Shown in pieces: positions 36,952 through 47,885 of a DNA stretch of 64,000 bases. The notes below the pieces were generated by a model. That model did not search any database and had not been told where the DNA came from. It saw only the letters and a list, made by a program, of their open reading frames with translations. Source of the stretch: Paludibacteraceae bacterium (lineage in GTDB: Bacteria; Bacteroidota; Bacteroidia; Bacteroidales; Paludibacteraceae); assembly GCA_045600985.1 (NCBI GenBank), contig JAZRYY010000037.1:23031-87030 (forward strand), written 5' to 3'. The position numbers and the translations under genes were made by a program. Each line of letters starts with the position of its first letter. Position 1 is the stretch's first letter.

Positions 36952-38959
36952 CTGGCTTCTCTGCCGTCACTTTTCCGCTGATGATTTGCTTGCTGAGTTC
37001 GTTCAGCACCAATCGCTGTAAGGCTCGCTTCACGGGTCGTGCTCCGTATTGCGGATCGTATCCCTCATGCGCAATGAGGTGGATGGCATCGTTGGTGAAA
37101 TTGAGCGTTATTCCCTGCTCAAGCAGCATGGCGTGAACGCGAGAAACCTGCAGTTCTACCACTTCTCGGATGTGCTCTTCCGTCAGCTCGTCGAAATGAA
37201 TAATATCGTCGATACGATTCAGAAATTCCGGACGCACACTGGCTCGCAACTGCTCTTCCGTATAATTGGACGTCATGATGATGACGGTGTTTTTGAAATT
37301 GGTGGTGCGACCCTTATTATCGGTCAGTCGTCCGTCATCCAGTACCTGCAAAAGCACGTTGAATACATCGGGGTGCGCTTTCTCTATCTCATCAAAAAGA
37401 ACCACGGAATATGGCTTGCGGCGTATGGCCTCGGTGAGCTGTCCGCCTTCATCATAGCCCACGTATCCCGGAGGTGCACCAATCAGTCGGGTGGCAGAGA
37501 ACTTCTCCTGATATTCGCTCATGTCGTTACGCGTCATCATGTTCTCGTCGTCGAAAAGATAATCGGCCAGCGCCTTGGCCAGTTCCGTCTTTCCCACACC
37601 CGTCGTGCCGAGGAAAATGAATGAACCGATAGGCCGTTTGGGATCCTGCAATCCGGCACGCGAGCGACGTATGGCATCGCTGACAGCCTGAATGGCGTTG
37701 TCCTGACCAATCACGCGCTTATGCAGTTCTTCCTCCAGATGGAGCAGTTTGTTGCGCTCTGTTTGCTGCATTTTGCTTACGGGAATACCCGTCCATCGGC
37801 TTACCACTTCGGCAATATCGTCGGCATCCACTTCTTCCCGAACCAATGCCTCTCCACCCAGGTTATGGAGCGTTTCCTGTGCCATGCGAATCTTATCTTC
37901 GGCTTCCTGGATCTTGCTGTAGCGAATCTCTGCCACGCGTGCATAATCGCCCTCTCGCTCTGCCACTTCGGCCTTGTGTCGCAATTGCTCAATGCGCACT
38001 TTCTCATCCTGAATGGTGGCGATATAACCCTTTTCTTTATTCCATCGTTCGCGCATTACGCCGGCCTTCTCCTGCAGGTCTTTGATCTGCGAATCAAGTT
38101 GCTCCAGTTTCTGCTGATCGCCTTCTCGCCTGATGGCGGCACGCTCAATCTCCAATTGCTTGATCTGGCGCTCCAGATCATCCAGCTCTTCAGGTACGGA
38201 ATCTACTTCCAAACGCAGTTTGGCTGCGGCTTCATCCACAAGATCAATGGCCTTATCGGGCAGAAAACGATCGCTGATATAGCGGCTGGAAAGTTCGGCC
38301 GCTGCGATGAGCGCATTATCCTTGATGCGCACGTGATGATGGTTCTCGTAACGTTCTTTCAGTCCTCGCAGAATGGAAAGCGTGGCAGCTTCGTCCGGCT
38401 CGTCCACCATTACGATCTGGAAGCGTCGCTCCAGTGCCTTATCTTTCTCAAAATATTTCTGATACTCATTCAGGGTGGTGGCACCAATCGCTCTGAGTTC
38501 ACCTCGTGCCAGAGCCGGCTTCAGAATATTGGCGGCGTCCATCGCGCCCGACGACTGACCTGCTCCCACCAGCGTATGGATCTCATCAATAAACAGCACG
38601 ATTTCTCCTTCGCTGGCAATCACTTCATTGATCACGCCCTTCAGGCGCTCCTCAAATTCGCCCTGATATTTCGCGCCGGCAATCAGCGCACCCATATCCA
38701 GACTGTAAAGCAGTTTCTTCTTTAGATTTTCCGGCACGTCGCCTCGCACGATACGATGGGCCAAACCTTCGGCAATGGCTGTTTTGCCCACGCCCGGTTC
38801 GCCTATGAGAATAGGATTGTTTTTTGTTCGGCGGCTTAGGATTTGTAGTACTCTACGAATCTCTTCGTCACGGCCAATCACTGGGTCGAGTTTGCCGCTC
38901 TTTGCCCGCTCATTCAAATTGATGGCGAACTTTTCGAGATTTTCATTTTTTTCCTTCAT
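36908..38959 (-). CDS. clpB: ClpB-type AAA+ disaggregase lacking the N-terminal domain
   Basis: Begins at ...[44 protein letters not shown], equivalent to the start of NBD1. Two Walker A sites and a coiled-coil middle domain. 683 aa versus roughly 860 for full-length ClpB. Confidence 0.8.
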   Translation of the reverse strand: MKEKNENLEKFAINLNERAKSGKLDPVIGRDEEIRRVLQILSRRTKNNPILIGEPGVGKTAIAEGLAHRIVRGDVPENLKKKLLYSLDMGALIAGAKYQGEFEERLKGVINEVIASEGEIVLFIDEIHTLVGAGQSSGAMDAANILKPALARGELRAIGATTLNEYQKYFEKDKALERRFQIVMVDEPDEAATLSILRGLKERYENHHHVRIKDNALIAAAELSSRYISDRFLPDKAIDLVDEAAAKLRLEVDSVPEELDDLERQIKQLEIERAAIRREGDQQKLEQLDSQIKDLQEKAGVMRERWNKEKGYIATIQDEKVRIEQLRHKAEVAEREGDYARVAEIRYSKIQEAEDKIRMAQETLHNLGGEALVREEVDADDIAEVVSRWTGIPVSKMQQTERNKLLHLEEELHKRVIGQDNAIQAVSDAIRRSRAGLQDPKRPIGSFIFLGTTGVGKTELAKALADYLFDDENMMTRNDMSEYQEKFSATRLIGAPPGYVGYDEGGQLTEAIRRKPYSVVLFDEIEKAHPDVFNVLLQVLDDGRLTDNKGRTTNFKNTVIIMTSNYTEEQLRASVRPEFLNRIDDIIHFDELTEEHIREVVELQVSRVHAMLLEQGITLNFTNDAIHLIAHEGYDPQYGARPVKRALQRLVLNELSKQIISGKVTAEKPVIVDVADGQIAFHN

Positions 38960-39097
38960 AGTGATAAAAATTTGGTTTTACCATAATTGGGCAAAATAAA
39001 TGCCAAACTATCAGGAGTGACAATTTGGCAGATTTTGGCAGAAACGCTCCTCGATGCCCCAATAATTGGTGGAAAACGATAAAAAAAACGAAAAATT

Positions 39098-39129
39098 CTT
39101 GCATATTCCCGAAAAAAGCAGTAATTTTG
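39098..39129 (+). promoter_or_regulatory. Bacteroidota-type promoter for the CotH gene
   Basis: cttgcatattcccgaaaaaagcagTAATTTTG, with the -7 at 39122-39129. Confidence 0.6.
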
Positions 39130-39148
39130 TAATCGTTTTTTACGTCCC

Positions 39149-41515
39149 ATGAAAAAACTTCTGGCCATATGCCTCTTCTGCGTATCCTGCGTGCTTTCCT
39201 TGGATGCGCAAATTGTGATTAACGAACTGATGCAATCGAATGTGGATTGCATCATGGATGAACTGAATCAGTTCCCGGATTCCTGGGTGGAATTATATAA
39301 TACGAGTGATGCGCCCGTGGCACTGAAGGAATGGAAGGTGGGTCTCACGGCCAATGTTGCTAATGCGGAGGATCTGCCCAACACCACCATCCCGGCGCAT
39401 GGCTATTATCTGGTGTATTGCGATAAAGAAGCGATGGGCAAGCATACGTCTTTCCGTCTCGAATCGGGCAATGGCTGCTCGTTCTATCTCTTCCATAATG
39501 GCGTGCAAGCAGATGCTGTCGTTAATCTGGGCAAACAGCCAGCTCCTAATATTGCCTACGGCCGTGCCACCGACGGCGGCTCTTCGTGGGGCTATATGCT
39601 CCAGCCTACACCTATGGCGGCCAATACGGGATGCACCACGCATGCCATTCTTCCTAACCCGGTTGTGGATACGCCGGGGCAGGTGTTCACATCTGGCAAT
39701 TCCATGACTGTGAGGCTCTCGCTGCCTGCATCTGCACCAGCCGACGCAATTATTCGCTATACCACCGATGGCACGGAACCAACCCTCACCAATGGCCTTA
39801 CCTTCAATCCGGCATACTCTCTGGTGATGAATAAAACCACGGTACTCCGCGCCAAAATCTTCTGCGAGGGCTATATTTCCCCTCGTGCGCTCACACACAC
39901 GTACATCTTCTTAAATCGCGCGATGAAGATGCCTGTCATCTCCATAGCCATCGATCCCACTTTTCTTACCGACCCCAAGAAGGGCATTTACGTGGATGGC
40001 ACCTATAGCAGCCAAAAAAAGAATTATGAGTACGATTGGTGGCGTCCCATCAATTTCGAACTTTTCGACGAACCATTGCATGCCAGCAAGCTCAATCAGG
40101 TGTGCAAGACGCGTGTGCAGGGTGGGGCTTCACGAGGTGCTGTCCTGAAATCGCTCATTATCGATTCCCATAAGCGTTTTGGCACGAAACGCCTCCAATA
40201 TGAGTTCTTCCCCGATCAGCGCCCCGGAGTAACCGATTATAAATCCATTATTCTCCGTAATTCTGGCAACGATTTCGATTATCTCTATATGCGCGATGGC
40301 ATCATGCAGCGCTCAATGGGTCAGTATGTGGATTTGGATTGGCAGGCTTGGCGTCCCGCTATCGTATTTATCAATGGAGTTTACAAGGGTATTCTCAATA
40401 TTCGGGAGCGCTCCACCAAGGATCTTATCTATACCCATTATGATGGCCTGGAGGATATCACCATGATCAAAAATATGGGCGAACTGCTGGAGGGTGATTG
40501 GAGACACTGGAATGATTTCAAAACGTTCTATGCTGGCTATGGCCATACCAGAGCGGAATATGAGCAGCAGCTGGATTGCATCGAGTACATCAATCTGATG
40601 ATCCTCAATCTCTTCTATAATAATCAGGATTTCCCGGGCAATAACATCGTTTATTGGCGTCCCAATCATGCCGCGCCGGGTTTGCCTGCACGGTGGAGAG
40701 TGGTGGCAAAAGATACGGATTTTGGCTTGGGGCTTTATGATCATCCGGCCAACTATGAAACGTTCCGCTGGTTCTATGATAATAGTTTCGACCCCGATCG
40801 CGCATGGGCTAATACGGCTGATGCCACGCGTCTCTTCCGTCGCGCGATGGATAATGTGGATTTGCAACGGGAATTCGTGGATCGTTCATGCATCTATATC
40901 GGCGATTTCCTCAATTATCAGGCGATCTGGCCGATGTGGGAACAAATGTATAATCAGATTAAGGATGAATGGCAATACCATCGTCCGCTCTATAACCAGT
41001 GGTGGCCCAATTATTCGCAGGAATTGAGCAAGGCAAAGAAATGGTTGCAGGACCGCCCTGCCTACTATCTATCTCAGCTCTCTCAGCAATATAATTTGGG
41101 CGCACTATGCACGGTCAGCGTGAATGCTCAATGCCCAAAAGAAACGGCAGATCAGCTCGATCTTGCCATCTGCGGAGTGCCCGTTTCCAAGGCCAGCTGG
41201 AGCGGTTCATTCTTTAAAAGCCACCAGCTGATACTCAACTGTTCGCCCAAGAACGGCAGTTCTTTATCCGTGGTGGGGTGGGAGGTCACGATTGATGGCA
41301 CCAAATGGCGCAGCACGGGCTCCAACTGCACGGTGGCTATTCCAAGTTCCTGCACCAGCGTAAGGGCTGAAGTGCTCACGGAAGGCACTACCGATCTGGA
41401 GCAAATGCCGGTGCAGCAACCCGTGGTGAAGCAGTATGAAAATGGCCAAATCGTGATCCTGCGAGATGGTAAAAAATATTCCGTATTGGGCCACGTAATC
41501 AGTCAAAATGAATAA
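39149..41515 (+). CDS. CotH kinase-family protein with lamin-tail domain and sorting tail
   Basis: LTD signature VINELMQSN...WVELYNTSDAPVALKEWKV. CotH core SIILRNSGNDFDYLYMRDG. Tail ENGQIVILRDGKKYSVLGHVI. Confidence 0.7.
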   Translation: MKKLLAICLFCVSCVLSLDAQIVINELMQSNVDCIMDELNQFPDSWVELYNTSDAPVALKEWKVGLTANVANAEDLPNTTIPAHGYYLVYCDKEAMGKHTSFRLESGNGCSFYLFHNGVQADAVVNLGKQPAPNIAYGRATDGGSSWGYMLQPTPMAANTGCTTHAILPNPVVDTPGQVFTSGNSMTVRLSLPASAPADAIIRYTTDGTEPTLTNGLTFNPAYSLVMNKTTVLRAKIFCEGYISPRALTHTYIFLNRAMKMPVISIAIDPTFLTDPKKGIYVDGTYSSQKKNYEYDWWRPINFELFDEPLHASKLNQVCKTRVQGGASRGAVLKSLIIDSHKRFGTKRLQYEFFPDQRPGVTDYKSIILRNSGNDFDYLYMRDGIMQRSMGQYVDLDWQAWRPAIVFINGVYKGILNIRERSTKDLIYTHYDGLEDITMIKNMGELLEGDWRHWNDFKTFYAGYGHTRAEYEQQLDCIEYINLMILNLFYNNQDFPGNNIVYWRPNHAAPGLPARWRVVAKDTDFGLGLYDHPANYETFRWFYDNSFDPDRAWANTADATRLFRRAMDNVDLQREFVDRSCIYIGDFLNYQAIWPMWEQMYNQIKDEWQYHRPLYNQWWPNYSQELSKAKKWLQDRPAYYLSQLSQQYNLGALCTVSVNAQCPKETADQLDLAICGVPVSKASWSGSFFKSHQLILNCSPKNGSSLSVVGWEVTIDGTKWRSTGSNCTVAIPSSCTSVRAEVLTEGTTDLEQMPVQQPVVKQYENGQIVILRDGKKYSVLGHVISQNE

Positions 41516-41525
41516 TGAATAAGAT

Positions 41526-42224
41526 ATGCGTAAACTCCTTTTAGTATCAACTCTTTTTCTGCTCGCCATCTCGGCTTCTGCCAAGAAAGATTCGCTTCGC
41601 GTCACAATCTTCGGCGATAGTTATTCCACCTTCGAAGGCTACCTCACGCCTGACACCAATGAGCCCTGGTATTGGGCAGAAACAACGGCTTGGCGCCAGA
41701 AAGATAATGATGTCACTCGTGTGGAGCAAACATGGTGGTGGCAAGTGATTGAGCGAATGGGCTATAAACTGGAGATGAACAATAGTTATAGCGGTTCCAC
41801 CGTCGGGTATTACGGCTATCAGAACGAGAATTATCAACCTCGTTCTTTCAATACCCGCGTAGAGAATCTGGGCGAACCGGACCTCATCCTCTCTTGCTGC
41901 ATTACTAATGATAGCTGGACGGGCGAGCTGTTGGGAAATTATAAGTATGCCAATTGGACAGAGAATGATATGTGGTATTTCCGCCCGGCAATGGCGCGCC
42001 TTTGCGCCACCCTTCGCCTCAATTATCCCAAGGCTAAAGTGCTCTTTATTCTCAATACGGAACTCAAACCGGAGTTCGTGGAATCCATGCTCGTGATTTG
42101 CAATCATTATGATTTCCCCGTTCTCCAGTTGCATGATATTGATAAACAGGTGGGCCACCCTTCGCAGGCCGGACATAAGGCTTTTGCCGACCAAGTGGTG
42201 GACTATCTCAGGAAAAATATGTAA
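41526..42224 (+). CDS. SGNH/GDSL hydrolase family protein
   Basis: Signal peptide. Block I VTIFGDSYSTFEGY. Block V-like DKQVGHPSQAGH. Confidence 0.65.
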   Translation: MRKLLLVSTLFLLAISASAKKDSLRVTIFGDSYSTFEGYLTPDTNEPWYWAETTAWRQKDNDVTRVEQTWWWQVIERMGYKLEMNNSYSGSTVGYYGYQNENYQPRSFNTRVENLGEPDLILSCCITNDSWTGELLGNYKYANWTENDMWYFRPAMARLCATLRLNYPKAKVLFILNTELKPEFVESMLVICNHYDFPVLQLHDIDKQVGHPSQAGHKAFADQVVDYLRKNM

Positions 42225-42240
42225 AATTATTGTCAATAAT

Positions 42241-42272
42241 GTTGCGTATCCCAAAAAAAAGTAGTAATTTTG
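42241..42272 (+). promoter_or_regulatory. Bacteroidota-type promoter for the Ala-rich lipoprotein gene
   Basis: gttgcgtatcccaaaaaaaagtagTAATTTTG, with the -7 at 42265-42272. Confidence 0.6.
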
Positions 42273-42323
42273 CATCCGTTTTGTGGAAAATACTTGTATG
42301 TGGATAATAAATTTACAAATAAT

Positions 42324-42872
42324 ATGAAGAAAATACTTTTCTCTCTCGCAGCTGTCGCACTTCTTGCAAGCTGCAGCCTTTTGAAAGGCACCTCTGCCAA
42401 TAACGCAGCTGCACCTGCTGCATCAACCACCGCTGACGCTGCTGCTGTCAGCACCACGCTCACGGCTGGTCAGGCTGCCGGCAATGCCCTCCATGCCCTC
42501 TATACGCAATACAAGGCGGATGGCAAATATGATTATAAGAATATCAATAATGCCATCAATGCCACGCTCCTTCTTGCCAACTGTGCTGATCTTCCAAAGA
42601 ATGTGAAGAATGCCGCTTATCTGAAGGAGTTCAGCCAGGGCCTGATTGCTTCATCGGCTGGATTGGTTACGCAGAGCAACGTGAATGCCGTCACCAATAA
42701 CCTCACCACCATCGCTACCGAATATGCGCAGGGTGTTGCTGAAAAGACGGCTGCAAGCGAAACGGCACAAAAAGCAGCTGCCACCACCAATACCGTGGCT
42801 GAAAAACTGGCCACAGCTGCTTCTACTGCCAATTCCATCAGCTCGCTTTTGAGCCTCTTTGGCAAGAAATAA
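42324..42872 (+). CDS. Ala-rich lipoprotein, function unknown
   Basis: Start placed after the promoter at MKKILFSLAAVALLASCS (lipobox). Helical Ala/Thr/Asn-rich body. Confidence 0.6.
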   Translation: MKKILFSLAAVALLASCSLLKGTSANNAAAPAASTTADAAAVSTTLTAGQAAGNALHALYTQYKADGKYDYKNINNAINATLLLANCADLPKNVKNAAYLKEFSQGLIASSAGLVTQSNVNAVTNNLTTIATEYAQGVAEKTAASETAQKAAATTNTVAEKLATAASTANSISSLLSLFGKK

Positions 42873-42894
42873 AAATGTATTTTTTTTAAGATTT
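42871..42894 (-). repeat. AT-rich repeat (reverse complement AAATCTTAAAAAAAATACATTTTT)
   Basis: Overlaps the lipoprotein stop codon. Pairs with the 42975-43000 copy at about 105 bp spacing. Confidence 0.7.
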
Positions 42895-42901
42895 GGGGCT
42901 G

Positions 42902-42950
42902 CACGAGTGTTCCACGAGAGTTGGACGAGAGTTGGACGAGACCTCGACGA
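42902..42950. repeat. Stutter repeat (gttggacgaga x2 plus cacgag variants, ending in cgagacctc)
   Basis: Reads cacgagtgttccacgagagttggacgagagttggacgagacctcgacg. Confidence 0.75.
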
Positions 42951-42974
42951 TATCTCAAACATCTCCAAAATCAC

Positions 42975-43000
42975 AAAAAACGTACTTTTTTTAAGATTTA
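42975..43000 (-). repeat. AT-rich repeat (reverse complement TAAATCTTAAAAAAAGTACGTTTTTT)
   Basis: Same family as 27511-27536. Confidence 0.7.
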
Positions 43001-43072
43001 CGCCTTTTTCAAGGTCTTCCAAAAATTGTTTTTTGAAGACCCTTTAAGCAGGAATATAATTAAATCAACAAT

Positions 43073-44833
43073 ATGTATAGATCCGTAACATGTGGCGAGC
43101 TTCGTCTCGCAGATGCCGGCAAAATGGTGACCCTCGCAGGTTGGGTGCAGCGCATCCGCCGTATGGGTGGTATGGTTTTTGTTGACCTACGTGACCGTTA
43201 TGGCATCACCCAACTTTCTTTCAATCAGGAAGTAAACGCAGGCCTCTGCGATCAGGCTGAGAAACTTGGTCGTGAATACGTGCTGCAGGTAACTGGTAAA
43301 GTGGTGGAGCGTTATTCCAAGAATGCCCAACTACCTACCGGCGAAATAGAGATTGAGGTGGCTGAAATGAATATCCTCAACGCGGCCGTCACGCCTCCTT
43401 TCACTATCGAGGACGAAACCGATGGCGGTGATGATCTCCGCATGAAGTATCGTTATCTCGATCTCCGCCGTTCATGCGTGCGCAAGAATCTGGAACTTCG
43501 CCATAAGATGGCGTTTGAGGTACGTCGCTATTTGGATGAACAGGGCTTCCTGGAGGTGGAAACGCCTGTTTTAGTAAACTCTACGCCAGAGGGAGCACGA
43601 GATTTTGTGGTACCTTCACGTATGAATCCGGGGCAGTTCTACGCACTTCCTCAGTCGCCTCAGATCCTGAAGCAATTGCTGATGGTGTCTGGCTTTGATC
43701 GCTACTTCCAGATTGTGAAGTGCTTCCGTGATGAGGACCTCCGTGCCGACCGTCAGCCTGAGTTCACGCAGATCGACTGTGAGATGTCGTTCGTGGAGCA
43801 GGAGGATGTGCTTCAGATGTTTGAGGGCATGAGCCGTCATCTTTTCAAGGCAATCATGAATATCGATTTGCCTGCTCTTCCTCGTATGACCTGGCATGAT
43901 GCCATGAAATATTATGGTTCTGATAAACCTGACACCCGCTTCGATATGAAGTTTGTGGAGCTTCACGATATCTTCCATAAGGCACCTGGTTTCAGCGTAT
44001 TCGATGGCGCTAATTATATTGGCGGAATCTGCGCTAAGGGTCAGGCTGTATATACGCGCAAGCAGTTGGATGCACTTACCGATTTCGTGAAGAAACCGCA
44101 GATTGGTGCCAAGGGTCTCGTGTATGCACGCGTAGAGGCAGACGGCAACGTGAAATCATCCGTGGATAAGTTCTATAATCAGGAATTGCTGCAAGAGATC
44201 AAGACTGCCATGGGTGCAGAAGTTGGTGATCTTATCCTCATCCTCTCTGGCGAAGATGCCATGAAGACACGCAAGCAGCTCTGCGAGCTCCGTCTTGAGA
44301 TGGGCAAGCAGATGGGATTACGCGATCCAAAGAAGTTCTCTTGCCTCTGGGTGATCGATTTCCCAATGTACGAGTGGAGCGACGAGGAGCAGCGCCTTAT
44401 GGCTATGCACCATCCATTCACCTCTCCAAAGCCTGAAGATATTCCTTTGCTCGACACCGATCCTGCATCTGTTCGTGCCAACGCATATGATATGGTGATC
44501 AATGGTGTAGAAGTGGGTGGCGGTTCTATCCGTATCCACGATGCCGTTCTCCAGCAGAAAGTGTTTGAGATTCTGGGCTTCACGCCTGAGCAGGCACAAA
44601 CGAAGTTCGGCTTCTTGATGAACGCCTTCAAATATGGTGCACCACCTCACGGCGGTTTGGCTTACGGTTTGGATCGTTTCGTCAGCCTCTTCGCTGGCTT
44701 GGATTCCATCCGCGATTGCATCGCCTTCCCGAAGAATAATCAGGGTCGCGACGTTATGCTCGGCGCACCAGGTCTCTTGGATGACGCACAGCTCGACGAA
44801 CTCCAATTGCAGCTCGATCTCAAGGAGAAATAA
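43073..44833 (+). CDS. aspS: Aspartate--tRNA ligase
   Basis: OB-fold N-terminus, class II motifs [18 protein letters not shown] and GGGSIRIH. 586 aa. Confidence 0.9.
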   Translation: MYRSVTCGELRLADAGKMVTLAGWVQRIRRMGGMVFVDLRDRYGITQLSFNQEVNAGLCDQAEKLGREYVLQVTGKVVERYSKNAQLPTGEIEIEVAEMNILNAAVTPPFTIEDETDGGDDLRMKYRYLDLRRSCVRKNLELRHKMAFEVRRYLDEQGFLEVETPVLVNSTPEGARDFVVPSRMNPGQFYALPQSPQILKQLLMVSGFDRYFQIVKCFRDEDLRADRQPEFTQIDCEMSFVEQEDVLQMFEGMSRHLFKAIMNIDLPALPRMTWHDAMKYYGSDKPDTRFDMKFVELHDIFHKAPGFSVFDGANYIGGICAKGQAVYTRKQLDALTDFVKKPQIGAKGLVYARVEADGNVKSSVDKFYNQELLQEIKTAMGAEVGDLILILSGEDAMKTRKQLCELRLEMGKQMGLRDPKKFSCLWVIDFPMYEWSDEEQRLMAMHHPFTSPKPEDIPLLDTDPASVRANAYDMVINGVEVGGGSIRIHDAVLQQKVFEILGFTPEQAQTKFGFLMNAFKYGAPPHGGLAYGLDRFVSLFAGLDSIRDCIAFPKNNQGRDVMLGAPGLLDDAQLDELQLQLDLKEK

Positions 44834-44841
44834 ACAAACAA

Positions 44842-44876
44842 ACAGCCCGGCACAACCTGTGCCGGGCTGTTATTTT
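44842..44876 (+). terminator. Rho-independent terminator of aspS
   Basis: 12-bp stem acagcccggcac / gtgccgggctgt, loop aacct, followed by tatttt. Confidence 0.75.
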
Positions 44877-44885
44877 GAATAGTTT

Positions 44886-44930
44886 ACACTATACACTATA
44901 CACTATAAACTTTAACCCTTTAAACTCTTA
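44886..44930. repeat. Stutter repeat (acactat x3, then aacttta/aaccctt/aaactct variants)
   Basis: Reads acactatacactatacactataaactttaaccctttaaactctta. It runs into the 3' end of the convergent FTR-like gene. Confidence 0.75.
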
Positions 44931-45126
44931 CATACAGTGTGCAGCAGCATTTCTCATGCAATCGATAATTGCTGCAGGGGCAGTGCTTATCTTCGGCATC
45001 GTTCACGCATGGGCAGTCGCCATTGCAGCGGTTGATACCCTTGATAATGCCATTCACTACTTTCTCGTTGGGGTTTAGTTGCCAACCTGGGCGAATGTTC
45101 GCCTTCACGTATTCAAGATCTACCAT
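44920..45126 (-). CDS. Ferredoxin-thioredoxin reductase catalytic-subunit-like small Cys-rich protein
   Basis: CPC...CPC...CCC pattern: GDCPCVNDAEDKHCPCSNYRLHEKCCCTLY. Confidence 0.6.
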   Translation of the reverse strand: MVDLEYVKANIRPGWQLNPNEKVVNGIIKGINRCNGDCPCVNDAEDKHCPCSNYRLHEKCCCTLYVRV

Positions 45127-45144
45127 ATCTGTTCGTTTTTTTTC

Positions 45145-46512
45145 TTATTTTCTTCTTGCCCATGCAGGCGTATTATCCATCTCATCTTCGTAGTCGTCGT
45201 CGAGATCAAACGTGAAGGTGAAGTCTGGGTCACGAGGCTGCGCCGGCTCAGCTGCAGGTTCTGCAGCAACTTCGTCTGAAGCGGTTTCCTCTGCTGTTGC
45301 TTCTTCTTCCGTCTCCTCAGTCGTCTCCTCCAAAGACTCTTCTTCCAAAGTCCCCGTGGCAGGTTCGCTCATGGTTGCAGTCTCCTCTTCTGCAGGAGCG
45401 GCAGTTGCCTCTGGCTGTGTTTGCGCAGGTTTCTGGCCGTAAAAATTCTCTAGAGCTTCGTCCACGGTAGGATGCTCTGTCGTTGGTTTTGGTTCGGGCA
45501 CTGGCGCCTGAGTGGCTGCCTCGCATTCCGTCAAACCCGGGATATTGCTAACGCTATAGCCGGTGGCAATCACGGTGACGCGTACTTCATCGCCGAGCGA
45601 ATCATCGTAGCTGGCACCCCATTTCACTTCCACGTCGTCGCCCACCTTATCAATAAACTCATTGATCTGATCGAGCTCTTTCATGCGAATGGCATTCTCT
45701 TGCGAGCAATAGAATGTGAGCAGGATGCGGCTTGCGCCTCGCACGTCGTTCATATTCACCAGCGGTGAATTGAGGGCCTCATCAATGGCTTTGGTGATAC
45801 GACACTCTTCGTCGGCTGATTTGCCCACGTTCATGATCGCCATGCCGCCATCTTTGAGGGTGTTGAATACATCCTGGAAGTCGGTATTGATATAGCCCGG
45901 CACCGTGATGATCTCGGCAATGGCTTTGGCGGCATTGGAAACCACCTGATCCGATTTATCGAAAGCGTTGGGCAGGTCGAAATCGGGATAGATGATGCGC
46001 AGGTTCTCATTGTTGATCACGAGAATGGCGTCCACGTGCTTGGCCAGCTTGGCTACGCCCGTAAGTGCCTTGCGCTGCTGCTTCTTGCCCTCAAAGGCGA
46101 ATGGAATGGTTACGATCGCCACGGTGAGAATACCCAGTTCTTGGGCCACTTCTGCCACTACGGGCGAAGCTCCCGTACCCGTACCTCCACCCATGCCGGC
46201 CGTGATAAACAGCATCTCGGTGCCATCGTCCAGTGCTTCGCGAATCTGCTCGCGACTCTCGTTGGCAAATTCTTCCGCCTTCTCAGGACGTCCGCCTGCT
46301 CCCAAACCTGCACCCAACTGCAGCTTATTCACGATAGGGGATTTTACGAGCGCCTGGCGATCGGTGTTGCAAACCAGGAAACTCACATCCTGCACGCCTT
46401 CGCGATAAAGATAATTCACGGCGTTGCAGCCACCGCCGCCTACGCCCATCACTTTGATAATGCTTTGTTCGCCTGGGTTTACCTCAATTGAGTTAATCAA
46501 TTCGTCTTCCAT
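45145..46512 (-). CDS. ftsZ: Cell division GTPase FtsZ
   Basis: IKVMGVGGGGCNAVN and GMGGGTGTGASPV tubulin motifs. Long acidic C-terminal linker. Start taken at MEDELI, because the track start at 46569 overlaps ftsA. Confidence 0.9.
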   Translation of the reverse strand: MEDELINSIEVNPGEQSIIKVMGVGGGGCNAVNYLYREGVQDVSFLVCNTDRQALVKSPIVNKLQLGAGLGAGGRPEKAEEFANESREQIREALDDGTEMLFITAGMGGGTGTGASPVVAEVAQELGILTVAIVTIPFAFEGKKQQRKALTGVAKLAKHVDAILVINNENLRIIYPDFDLPNAFDKSDQVVSNAAKAIAEIITVPGYINTDFQDVFNTLKDGGMAIMNVGKSADEECRITKAIDEALNSPLVNMNDVRGASRILLTFYCSQENAIRMKELDQINEFIDKVGDDVEVKWGASYDDSLGDEVRVTVIATGYSVSNIPGLTECEAATQAPVPEPKPTTEHPTVDEALENFYGQKPAQTQPEATAAPAEEETATMSEPATGTLEEESLEETTEETEEEATAEETASDEVAAEPAAEPAQPRDPDFTFTFDLDDDYEDEMDNTPAWARRK

Positions 46513-46543
46513 ATATGGTGTGTCGTTAAATTTCAAGTATGTG

Positions 46544-47881
46544 TTAAAAACCCTCTTCCTGTCCATCAAACAAACCAGCTACCCGCTCCAGGAAACTGGT
46601 TTTCTTATCTTTCATCACTTTCACGCCCGGGATAGGCTGATTGGGATAACGTCTGCGATATTTGGCGCCGAGTAGCAGGGCTCCCACGGTGGCCGAATAT
46701 TCGGGGGCGAAATATTGCTCAGGTGTATCCTGGGTCAGCCAGTCGGCATGTGATCCGTATTCCACGGGCAGACTGGTATGCTGCTGCACGTAGTTGATGA
46801 TGTCGCGCATCTTGCACGCACCGCCCGTGAGGTACACCTTGCTGATCTCGCCTTCAAATTGCTTCAGTTCGCCGAAGATGGGGGCCATAATCTCGTCCAG
46901 GCGCGATACGATGATCTCGGATAGGAAATCCGTACGAATCACTACGGGTTCGTCCTCCGCCTTGAGCGGACGGATACGAATGGCTTTCACGTCCTCTTTC
47001 TTCTCGTAGGCGCTGCCGAATTTGAGTTTCAGTTTCTCTGCGTTCTCCATGGAGATGCCCTGCATCTGAATATCCATCGTGATGTTCCTGCCGCCTTGTG
47101 GCCACACTTTGCAGGTGAGGAATCGTCCGGCTTTGAAAACGGAGATGGTGGTGGTGTCGGCACCCATATCGATGATGGCTACACCCAGCAGTTCGTCGTT
47201 CTCATTGGCGAGTGCTTCCAATTGTGCGATAGGACGGGCAAAGATGGCCTCCTGCGATTTGCCGGCGCGATCAAACGAACCATTCGTGCGCTCCATCATC
47301 TCCTGCACCGCATAGAAGGTGGAGTATTGGCCCAGCACCTCCTGCCGTGCGATCATGCCCAGAACAGGTTCTTCTTCCAGCACCTCATCATCCACGCGAA
47401 AACTCTCCACGCGCACGTCGATTGCGCTCAGCGGTTTGACATCGGCCTTTGTCTTCGCTTTCTCTTGGGTGTATTTCTCTATCTTGGCAAAACATTCCTT
47501 GCGCATGTTGTCCAACAGCGGCTTGGAGATGGCGGTAGATGAACCCATGGCGCGTCGCGACGTGAGCGTGGCGCAGCGCATCGTCTTGCCGCCCAGCACG
47601 GCGAATGCCGTGGGCATGCTTTCCATACCGATGCGGTTGCCCAGCAGCAACATCGATTCGCGAATCATATAACTGGCCTCGGAGGTATTATCGATAATAC
47701 CCTTCTTCATGCAGCGATACTTGGTGTTTTCGTCTGCTCCCAGGATGCGCAGTTGGGAATAATCGCATGTAGGGTCGGTCACTTCCGCGGCCATCAGCTT
47801 GAAGCTGGAGCCGCCCAGATCGATAGCCACCAATGGCAGGCTGTCTGTTGTGAGTGTTTCTTTCTTCTTTGAAAAAGCCAT
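46544..47881 (-). CDS. ftsA: Cell division protein FtsA
   Basis: Actin-like ATPase blocks VAIDLGGSSFK, IDMGADTTTISVF and YLTGGACKMRD. Positioned between ftsQ and ftsZ. Confidence 0.85.
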   Translation of the reverse strand: MAFSKKKETLTTDSLPLVAIDLGGSSFKLMAAEVTDPTCDYSQLRILGADENTKYRCMKKGIIDNTSEASYMIRESMLLLGNRIGMESMPTAFAVLGGKTMRCATLTSRRAMGSSTAISKPLLDNMRKECFAKIEKYTQEKAKTKADVKPLSAIDVRVESFRVDDEVLEEEPVLGMIARQEVLGQYSTFYAVQEMMERTNGSFDRAGKSQEAIFARPIAQLEALANENDELLGVAIIDMGADTTTISVFKAGRFLTCKVWPQGGRNITMDIQMQGISMENAEKLKLKFGSAYEKKEDVKAIRIRPLKAEDEPVVIRTDFLSEIIVSRLDEIMAPIFGELKQFEGEISKVYLTGGACKMRDIINYVQQHTSLPVEYGSHADWLTQDTPEQYFAPEYSATVGALLLGAKYRRRYPNQPIPGVKVMKDKKTSFLERVAGLFDGQEEGF

Positions 47882-47885
47882 AATT

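Noticed and set aside
45145-45330. The acidic, repetitive C-terminal region of FtsZ (EETTEETEEEATAEETASDE) as another stutter-repeat insertion.
   Set aside because: FtsZ proteins normally carry a variable disordered C-terminal linker. The DNA here shows no clean tandem unit like the other loci, so I treat it as an ordinary linker.
46513-46569. FtsZ start at 46569.
   Set aside because: It would overlap the end of ftsA by 26 bp. The Met at 46512 precedes the conserved core by a normal distance. The true start remains somewhat uncertain.
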